DNA of 64,000 nt from Candidatus Aminicenantales bacterium (GTDB lineage Bacteria > Acidobacteriota > Aminicenantia > Aminicenantales > UBA8522), in NCBI GenBank assembly GCA_049682755.1, contig JBAUIH010000209.1, forward strand, positions 208-64,207, written 5' to 3'. The notes below the pieces were generated by a model. That model made no database searches. It was not told where the DNA came from and saw only the letters and a list, made by a program, of their open reading frames with translations. Position 1 is the stretch's first letter; each line of letters starts with the position of its first letter. Positions 9,599-16,449 of the stretch are shown here, in pieces. The position numbers were made by a program, and so were the translations under genes.

Positions 9599-9669
9599 TC
9601 CGGTCTAATTAAAGTTTCTTTAATTAGACCGGAGCTACTTAAAGGATAACGCCTTTTCCTTTAATAAGC
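9599..9669. promoter_or_regulatory. Operator-like module: 35-nt perfect palindrome plus TTATTAAAG-type half sites, 16 nt upstream of the fic ATG
   Basis: tccggtctaattaaag-ttt-ctttaattagaccgga (9599-9633), then cttaaaggataa and cctttaataagc. The module is collinear with the first ~65 bp of the 415-bp elements at 10481 and 13521. Confidence 0.5.
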
Positions 9670-9704
9670 AAGGGGATTTTAAATTGGTCTTTACCTTCCT
9701 TTTT

Positions 9705-10322
9705 TCATACACTCCAGCTGTATAACAAAGCCTCCAGATATGGTCTCATGACGTTCCAAACCCGGCATATCTTGGCATATTGATAGACCTCGTCGGAGGT
9801 GGCCTTCTTCTCACGAAGACATTCCCTGGCGGCTTCGATGGCGGCCTCAAGGCCGATACGATTTCGGAACTTGAAGCAGTCAGCGACGGTTTTCGCTGGG
9901 CTGTAGATCTTGACTGCGACTCCCTCTATCTGATGTTCATCGATCCCTTCGGAAAAGGACGGTCCGGAGAATCGAACGATTGACACCGGAGGATAGGAAA
10001 GGTGCGGTTGAGCGCTCCCCCTTCTGAGTGCCAGCCAGACCTTCCGGGGAAGTTGGGTGCCGATGTTATGATAACGCAGGGCGGAGGTCAAGCAGATGAC
10101 GCCCTTCGGAATTCGCTTTCCGATGATCGCAAAATTATGAAACTCGGTGATTTCCGAATCAGCCAGGACGTAGAGACCCCTTTCTGGACGAACAAGGAGT
10201 CCCTTGGTCACCAGCCTGCGGGCATACTCTGGATGAATATTCCGTTCAAGAAGATCCTTAATGCGGATTGTCCCCAGTTGTTTGGCCAGCTCGATGATGA
10301 CCTGCTCCGTGGATTTTTCCAT
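9705..10322 (-). CDS. AbiEi-like (type IV TA antitoxin family) wHTH protein, copy 1; no AbiEii partner
   Basis: ~205 aa, with RGLYVLAD, VICLTSALRYH and TVADCFKFRNRIG motifs typical of AbiEi_4/COG5340 proteins. I prefer the ATG at 10322 (the ORF track starts at TTG 10331). Confidence 0.75.
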   Translation of the reverse strand: MEKSTEQVIIELAKQLGTIRIKDLLERNIHPEYARRLVTKGLLVRPERGLYVLADSEITEFHNFAIIGKRIPKGVICLTSALRYHNIGTQLPRKVWLALRRGSAQPHLSYPPVSIVRFSGPSFSEGIDEHQIEGVAVKIYSPAKTVADCFKFRNRIGLEAAIEAARECLREKKATSDEVYQYAKICRVWNVMRPYLEALLYSWSV

Positions 10323-10329
10323 GTGTAAC

Positions 10330-10357
10330 AATATATATATATATCAATAAATGTCAA
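10330..10357 (-). promoter_or_regulatory. Sigma70-like promoter of abiEi-like copy 1 (TTGACA-N16-TATATT), near-leaderless
   Basis: The minus strand reads TTGACAtttattgatatatatatatattgttacacATG. The -10 ends 7 nt before the ATG, there is no SD, and an (AT)7 tract occupies the spacer and -10 region. Confidence 0.5.
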
Positions 10358-10480
10358 TACTTTTACACGTGATCGAAGTTTGGAAGAGCGCAGGCGAATT
10401 TGACAAATCCTCGGTAATCATATGCATTTACCTGGGAAATGCAAGTGCTCCTTCAGGATAAGTCGGGGCTTTTACTGGCG

Positions 10481-10895
10481 TTATTAAAGATACTTTAATA
10501 AGCCCACTGCTTATTAAGGGATAAAGGCTTATCCTTTAATAACGATTCTGGATAGAACTGCCATCACTTGCGTACAACTGATGGCAGTTTTATCCGGAGG
10601 TGTCCAATTTGCCCTCTTAACTTTGCGCATGCTGAACCCTGCTTATCGCCGGGGCGGAAAGCATTCGGCTATCAGACGCTCAGGACAAGGTCCCACTGCG
10701 ACCATGAAAATCGAACACTCAGTGATGGATTTTCATGGTATGATTCGACAGTTTTATGTTTCGATTTTAGCGTCGACCGCGACTGAAACATGGCCCCACA
10801 TCCAGCTTTCTCCTCATAAGCATACTTCCTAGGCCCCAACTTGTTACTTGTCAGAAGGAATGCGTTAGCCTAAAATTAAACTGCAGTTTGAGGGC
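10481..10895. repeat. 415-bp conserved non-coding element, copy 1
   Basis: Gapless alignment to 13521-13935. Perfectly conserved blocks include tatcctttaataacgattctggatagaa and ctgcgaccatgaaaatcgaacactc. There is a 12-bp-stem hairpin at 10701-10739. No conserved ORF is present. Confidence 0.8.
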
Positions 10896-11046
10896 ATATC
10901 TTAATGAATTATGCAAAGGAGCAATCTCCCCCCTATTTTGATTTTTGCACGGAGATACGCGATGCCTAAGCGTACGAATGAGTTCCAGCAACTGGTCATG
11001 AGAATGTATAAACAGATGGCGGGTCCCGGCGACGTTGAACCCGGCC

Positions 11047-12099
11047 TTAGGTTTTTTTGCCTGATCCGAGCCAGCCTTGTTCGGCAAGTCGTGTCCACGC
11101 AATATGAATGTGCTCAGGTTTGAACATTTTCTGCTTCCTCTCGTTCCATTTATGAACTGCTCGAACGGCTTCATTAGGATTCGAAACCGTGGTTTCCCCA
11201 TGAACCGCTATCCAATGCACCGACGAGAGAAGCTCCAATCCGTACGGAGTTTCAAACCCTTCAATCACCGTCGCGACCCGTTTTAACCTGTCGGCAGAAG
11301 CTTCGTTACCCGAAAGGGATTTGTCTGACTCTTTAATCGCCCCCGGCAAAAGCTCGATCTCGACATCAGGTTTCTGGGTGTCCCCGTATCCTCTGATAAA
11401 GTGTCCTTCCATAATCTCGAGAACTTTGTTCAGGTTGTGGGCATAGGGTCCAAATAGTCCGGCTTCATATCTCAATCGAAGGGGCTCTCCCGCTTCCTGC
11501 AGGAAGTATGCCATTTTCTGAACTTCAAGGAGGGTTAGGCGATAGGCCAATTGGGCATATTGATGGATTAGCCTGATGAGCAGCGCCCTGGCGATTGTCA
11601 TCCTTGGCCGCTTAGTGCGAACGGGCATAGCCCTGGCATCAGGCGTGCCAATGGGCTCAAATAGCATTACACGTGTGTTTGGCAAAGCAGCAAATGCTCC
11701 CTCTATAAGGGGCTTCACGTCTTTCCAGTTTAGCCCTCCAAGCCCGCATCCTAACGGAGGTAGAGCAACAGAAGAAATGCCGAGCTTTCTAATCTCTTCG
11801 ATAAGAGATCTTAATCCAATTCGAACATCTTCGATTTGTGACTTTGCCCTCCAATCGCGCTTAGTCGGGAAATTGACAATATATTTTGGATTGACCAGCG
11901 AACCGGTAGAGAAGACAAATACCTTCCCCGGCCTTATTCCGTTCGCCCGGCAGGCTCGTTCGTAAGCTTTAAAGTTATCGGGGAAGGCTTTCTTAAATTG
12001 AAGGGCTATGCCCTTGCCCATATATCCGACGCAATTGACTGTGTTTACTAATGCCTCCGCATCGGTTTCAATCAGATTCCCCCGAGTGATCTCGATCAT
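11047..12099 (-). CDS. darG: DarG antitoxin (macrodomain ADP-ribosyl hydrolase + C-terminal DarT-binding region)
   Basis: The N-terminal macro domain MIEITRGNLIETDAEALVNTVNCVGYMGKGIALQFKKAFP...PPLGCGLGG is followed by a ~190-aa C-terminal domain. The gene starts 13 nt after darT. Confidence 0.85.
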   Translation of the reverse strand: MIEITRGNLIETDAEALVNTVNCVGYMGKGIALQFKKAFPDNFKAYERACRANGIRPGKVFVFSTGSLVNPKYIVNFPTKRDWRAKSQIEDVRIGLRSLIEEIRKLGISSVALPPLGCGLGGLNWKDVKPLIEGAFAALPNTRVMLFEPIGTPDARAMPVRTKRPRMTIARALLIRLIHQYAQLAYRLTLLEVQKMAYFLQEAGEPLRLRYEAGLFGPYAHNLNKVLEIMEGHFIRGYGDTQKPDVEIELLPGAIKESDKSLSGNEASADRLKRVATVIEGFETPYGLELLSSVHWIAVHGETTVSNPNEAVRAVHKWNERKQKMFKPEHIHIAWTRLAEQGWLGSGKKT

Positions 12100-12112
12100 T
12101 TTGTTGCCCCGA

Positions 12113-12757
12113 CTAATAATACCATTCCGGTTTGATAATTACCATTGGGCGGAGCGATAAAGGGAAACTTCCCAGGATTCGCTCCACCGAGGATTTTATC
12201 CTTGTATTAATAACGGCAATTTTCTTGATAAATTGAAAATCGCATCGCCGATGTACCAAAAACTCAGCCTGTTTTCGGCGCTGCCGATCCATATCGTCTA
12301 CTGTATCATTCCAAGCAGTGGCATAAATTGTATTCCAATCTAATCTTCCAAGATCGGCAAGGTCGTCATACCAACTTGTATAGAAAGCGATGCCGTGCCC
12401 ATCAGAAAAAACAAAGGGGGTGCCGCCTTGATGAATGCTTTGGGCTGTAGAAATTAGATAGATCAAAGGCTCCTGGCCTCCCTGATAATCGGCAATCCTG
12501 CCCGTATGGAGTTGATATAGCATCGGAGATCGTGGGCCGAAATAAAATGAAACGTAATCATGGATTACGCCCCCTGACCCACACGGAATTGTTGTTACCT
12601 GCCTGAGTTGCTGTATTTCTATGTTATGGATTGCCCTATAGAGTAGTCTATTTTTTGGCATGTAGTTGGGCGCATGGAGCGCTCTTCTACGTAAGCATAC
12701 GGACAGATTGTCAACGTGTATGAAACGGAAAATTGGGGTCGGGATAGGAACAGTCAC
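12113..12757 (-). CDS. darT: DarT (DUF4433) ssDNA thymidine ADP-ribosyltransferase toxin
   Basis: IFRFIHVDNL..., YVSFYFGPRSPMLY and RRKQAEFLVH motifs are characteristic of DUF4433/DarT. GTG start with GAGG upstream. Confidence 0.85.
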   Translation of the reverse strand: MTVPIPTPIFRFIHVDNLSVCLRRRALHAPNYMPKNRLLYRAIHNIEIQQLRQVTTIPCGSGGVIHDYVSFYFGPRSPMLYQLHTGRIADYQGGQEPLIYLISTAQSIHQGGTPFVFSDGHGIAFYTSWYDDLADLGRLDWNTIYATAWNDTVDDMDRQRRKQAEFLVHRRCDFQFIKKIAVINTRIKSSVERILGSFPLSLRPMVIIKPEWYY

Positions 12758-12849
12758 TTCATTGCCTCATGTCCTATGTTGATTCAGCCTGTGCAGGGAG
12801 CAGAAATCAAACCGGACAGAATGGGCCATGTTCGTCGGATTCCGAACGC

Positions 12850-13458
12850 TCATTGAATGGCCTCAAGGTAAGGGAGCATGACCTGTTTCATCCGCAGGAG
12901 CGCGGCATAGTCCAGGATCTCGGAAATCGTGCAGACGCCTCGACGCTGACTAAGCCGCAGGGCTTCGACAGCGATATCGATTCCGATCCTGTTGCGGAAC
13001 TTGAAACAATCCACGATGGTTCGGGCTGGAGCGTAGATACGGACCTTGAATCCATCGACATCGTGAATTTCGATCCCAAGCTTATGAATTTCGCGAGAAA
13101 ATCTGTATATCCTCATAGGAGGAAAATCCAGGCGTGGGGTTTTTGTCCCGCGAGGAAGGGCCATGTCGACCCAATGGGGAACTTGAGTTGTTATTCCGTG
13201 AAAAGACAGTGAAGAAATAAGACAAATAACCGCGCCCGGAACTCGGGCGGCTACCACTGAGAGGTCGGGATTCCCCAGGTCAGGTAAGTCGGCCAGCCGA
13301 TACAGGCCGCGGCTCAGAGGAACGATCCGGCCGCTTGCGCGCAGCGAGTAGAGACTTCTCGGGTGTATGCCCTCGGCAATGGCCTGGGATGTCCGGAGAG
13401 TACCCCCTTGCTCTCGGAACATCTTTTCTGCCTCTTCTTCACGTGTCCGGTATCGCAT
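12850..13458 (-). CDS. AbiEi-like wHTH protein, copy 2; no AbiEii partner
   Basis: Same family as 9705-10322 (RGLYRLAD, VICLISSLSFH, TIVDCFKFRNRIG). About 43% aa identity to copy 1 by hand alignment (76/175). Confidence 0.75.
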   Translation of the reverse strand: MRYRTREEEAEKMFREQGGTLRTSQAIAEGIHPRSLYSLRASGRIVPLSRGLYRLADLPDLGNPDLSVVAARVPGAVICLISSLSFHGITTQVPHWVDMALPRGTKTPRLDFPPMRIYRFSREIHKLGIEIHDVDGFKVRIYAPARTIVDCFKFRNRIGIDIAVEALRLSQRRGVCTISEILDYAALLRMKQVMLPYLEAIQ

Positions 13459-13466
13459 AATGGATA

Positions 13467-13496
13467 ATTATGCCATCACATATATATAATTGTCAA
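13467..13496 (-). promoter_or_regulatory. Sigma70-like promoter of abiEi-like copy 2 (TTGACA-N18-CATAAT), near-leaderless
   Basis: The minus strand reads TTGACAattatatatatgtgatggCATAATtatccattATG. The -10 ends 8 nt before the ATG, and the spacer again contains a TA-repeat tract. Confidence 0.45.
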
Positions 13497-13520
13497 CCTT
13501 TTTATCCATTTCAAATTAAC

Positions 13521-13935
13521 CAATTAAAGAAACTTTAATAAGCCAGCTGCTTATTAAAGGATGCCGACCTATCCTTTAATAACGATTCTGGATAGAAATG
13601 CCATCACTTATGCATAAGTGTAGCCATTCTTATCCGGAAGCGTCGGAGTTGGGCTTTTAGCTTTGCTAATGCTGCACCCGGGTTACCGCCAGAAGGGCGA
13701 GTATTTGGCCATCGGACGCTCAGGATAATGTCTCTCTGCGACCATGAAAATCGAACACTCCGCGATGGATTTTCATGGTATTGACCAAATATCTTAGGTG
13801 TCGATTTTAGCGCTAGCCGCGACTGAAACGTGGCCGAGCATACACCTTTCTCTTCTCAATTGGATATTCAGGCCGGCGACTTGTTACTTGCCATATAACC
13901 TGGGTCATCCTAAAATGATACTGCAGTATGAGGGC
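13521..13935. repeat. 415-bp conserved non-coding element, copy 2
   Basis: See 10481-10895. The hairpin lies at 13741-13779, at the identical offset (+220). The operator-like module 13521-13583 lies only ~27 bp from the abiEi-2 -35 box. Confidence 0.8.
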
Positions 13936-14125
13936 CTACCGGATGGAATCGTCCGAAATATAGAGCCCCCAAGGATAGGAAAACCGGACCGGCAATGAAT
14001 TCCCTCCTATTAACGAGCGGTACGGAAGTGGCCTTGGCGCGGATAATATGGATAACAAATTATTAGGGCTCCATTATCTCGGTATTACTGACTGCTGCAA
14101 TCAGCTGTGATAGGATTAATTCAAA

Positions 14126-14815
14126 ATGAGCAGGCAGCTTACAGCAGAAGAGGCCAAACGAAGCTTTATCGAATCCATGGGCGATCCTCTGGGAAGGCTA
14201 TTTTATGCATTATGGCAGGAATTGGCAGGGCTTTATGCGAAGTGGGAGGAATACCTCGTGCTTTACGGAACAAAAGAATCACGAATAAATCTTCTGAACA
14301 AAGCCGCTCCCCTCTTCTTTCGAATAATCCAAGATGTTCTTTGGGAGGACATAATTCTCCACATTGCGCGGTTAACTGATCCTCCAAAATCCTCTGGAAA
14401 GGCCACCCTCACAATTAGAAGGCTTCCCGATTTGGTAAAGGATGGCAATACAGCTCAGGCTTTAAGGGGACTTATCAATATCGCGATACAGTCATCAGAA
14501 TTTTGTCGCGATTGCCGGAATCGGTATATCGCGCATAGAGACCTCAACCTTGCTCTTGAGAAAGAGATTGTTCCCTTGAAGCCCGCTAGTAGAAAAAAAA
14601 TCAAAGAAGCTCTCAATTCCATTGCCGAAGTGCTTAACGCGGTTTCGCAACATTATACAGATTCGGAGATGACATTTGATATTGGTGAAGATCCCGAAGG
14701 AGCGGTTTCGCTCCTATATGTAATCGATGATGGATTGAAAGCAGGAGAAGAACGTAAAGAACGTATAAGTAGCGGTAAATATCGGAAGGACGATTTTAGT
14801 CCTCGCGATTTGTAG
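14126..14815 (+). CDS. HEPN-domain protein, AbiU2-like (putative abortive-infection RNase)
   Basis: LLNKAAPLFFRIIQDVLWEDIILHIARLTDP, then CRNRYIAHRD (R-x5-H, the HEPN Rx4-6H motif). This pattern matches what I recall for the HEPN_AbiU2 family. Confidence 0.55.
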   Translation: MSRQLTAEEAKRSFIESMGDPLGRLFYALWQELAGLYAKWEEYLVLYGTKESRINLLNKAAPLFFRIIQDVLWEDIILHIARLTDPPKSSGKATLTIRRLPDLVKDGNTAQALRGLINIAIQSSEFCRDCRNRYIAHRDLNLALEKEIVPLKPASRKKIKEALNSIAEVLNAVSQHYTDSEMTFDIGEDPEGAVSLLYVIDDGLKAGEERKERISSGKYRKDDFSPRDL

Positions 14816-14995
14816 CTATCACCTTAATAATTAAATTAGCAGACCAGCCGCAGATTTCGTTTTGAAGCCAAGTTTCGAAGATTGAAACGGGGCGTCATTA
14901 AGGAGAAGCGCACGACACCTGCGCGCATTCCGAGCGCGCAGGTGGCTAGGGAGTTCAGTGCGTACGTCGCTTGGAGTTTATAAAGGGAGACTTAG

Positions 14996-15850
14996 ATGGG
15001 GCATCATTATGTACCTCGAAAATATCTGAGAGGTTTTGCGGATCCGAACAATCCTGGAAAGATTTGGATGTATGATAAGCATTCCCATCGGTTCACGCAT
15101 GCTAGCATTATATCCGTTGCTCAAGAGGCGAGTTACTATAGCGAGGATGCAGAGAGGCAGCTCAGCGAGTTTGTCGAGGGTCCTGCCCATAAGGTTCTTA
15201 AGAAGCTTCGATGCGGGGATTCTATCAATGATAACGAGCGTATGAGGCTTGCGCTATATGTAGCGACAATGTTGATGAGGGTGCCGCGGCGACGCAGAAA
15301 AGCTTTCGAGATGCTTCCCAGCGTGCGCGAGGATGTAATCAACCGAGCTACTCTTATTATTACTCAATGGGCTAAAACCAGCATGGTCGCCCCCGCACTT
15401 AAGCTTAAGAGATTTGCTGAACTAGAGCGAGCACGCGAAAAGCTGCGAGCCCAGCCACCGGAAGAGGTTGTAAAGAAGATTCGGGCTCCTTGGCCAAGTG
15501 AGAAAGTATTAGCGTGCGTTATCGGTATGACTTGGCGGATCGCGTCGGCCGGTGACGCCGGGTTTTTTCTCACCTCGGATAATCCAGCATTTTTTTTCGA
15601 AGCCTATGGACTCGGCAGGCCCGAATCAGAGCTGACATTTCCTCTTGCATCTGAACTGGCACTGCTAGGTAGTTGGCAGGGAGCGCCTAATGAAACAATT
15701 TTTGTCAAAGCGAAGCCATCGCTCATGAAGGAAGTCAATCGTCGAATCGCAAGCGGCGCTGAGCGCTTTGTTTTCTATCGCGGCCGTGAAGACTGGGTGG
15801 CTCAGCTTGCGGAAAGGCGGAACCTCCGCCTTAATCGCATTATTTGGTAA
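14996..15850 (+). CDS. DUF4238 family protein
   Basis: The N-terminal HHYVPRKYLRGF is the DUF4238 signature, and FFLTSDNP occurs later. Coordinates are taken from the ORF track. Confidence 0.65.
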   Translation: MGHHYVPRKYLRGFADPNNPGKIWMYDKHSHRFTHASIISVAQEASYYSEDAERQLSEFVEGPAHKVLKKLRCGDSINDNERMRLALYVATMLMRVPRRRRKAFEMLPSVREDVINRATLIITQWAKTSMVAPALKLKRFAELERAREKLRAQPPEEVVKKIRAPWPSEKVLACVIGMTWRIASAGDAGFFLTSDNPAFFFEAYGLGRPESELTFPLASELALLGSWQGAPNETIFVKAKPSLMKEVNRRIASGAERFVFYRGREDWVAQLAERRNLRLNRIIW

Positions 15851-16254
15851 ATGGAGTGCTGGCTAATATTATCCGCTTCTCGCCCACCACGCGTTAAAAG
15901 AAAAGCCAAGTTTCTTAGAAAAGAGGATAAATTATCTCCTCAAGGAAGTGAGCGCCCCAATTTATCAAGATAACTAGCGTTGCTGGTACTTCTAACGGGG
16001 GAGGCGAAAAGCTGCGGTAATTTATCCCAAATCAGGGCGATTATAAAAAGTAAAATTCTAGAGCCCTCTACACGAGAGTTTGCGTTCTGACATATATAGT
16101 TCTAAGATAGTATGGAAGAGGAGGGTTATTATAACAATGCAGTTTTATGAAAAACGGTTTTCCAACTTAGGGGTCAGTCCATTGGACTAAAAAGCGTCCC
16201 GGCTATTTCTATTAGTGCAGGACGCAAGCATCCCATAGACCGGAGGCATATACA

Positions 16255-16449
16255 ATGACAGCAGCACCCAAAATACAAGGATTACCTGACGTACCCACCC
16301 TGGTGTTCGAGACGTTTCTTGAGGCACTTCAGCAGGCGGGGGCGTCAGATGAGTTGATCATTCGGCTTCGCAAGACTCTTACGGAGGAAAAGAAATTCAC
16401 CGAGCGCGCCTTAAAGGATACTGTCCTCCCGGAGGAGTCACTAACATGA
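16255..16449 (+). CDS. Small hypothetical protein (64 aa), translationally coupled to the downstream ATPase
   Basis: GGAGG lies 8 nt upstream of the ATG. The stop overlaps the ATPase start (ATGA at 16446-16449). Helical, acidic composition; I recognise no family. Confidence 0.5.
   Translation: MTAAPKIQGLPDVPTLVFETFLEALQQAGASDELIIRLRKTLTEEKKFTERALKDTVLPEESLT

Noticed and set aside
10758-10789. CRISPR-repeat-like 32-mer GTTTCGATTTTAGCGTCGACCGCGACTGAAAC (copy 2 equivalent near 13798-13829)
   Set aside because: It occurs only once per element, with no spacer-repeat periodicity and no cas genes in the window. It cannot be called a CRISPR array or a CreA-like mini-array from this evidence. It remains part of the unexplained conserved element.
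10581-10832. ORFs inside the 415-bp element (10581..10832 in copy 1, 13798..13998 in copy 2). They share peptide-like similarity (SILASTATETWPHIQLS versus SILALAATETWPSIHLS), which suggested a conserved small protein.
   Set aside because: A codon-by-codon comparison of the two copies gave 28/26/30 substitutions at codon positions 1/2/3, so there is no third-position bias. The frame contains stops in copy 2 (TAA, TAG) and in copy 1 (TAG x2). The similarity reflects nucleotide conservation only.
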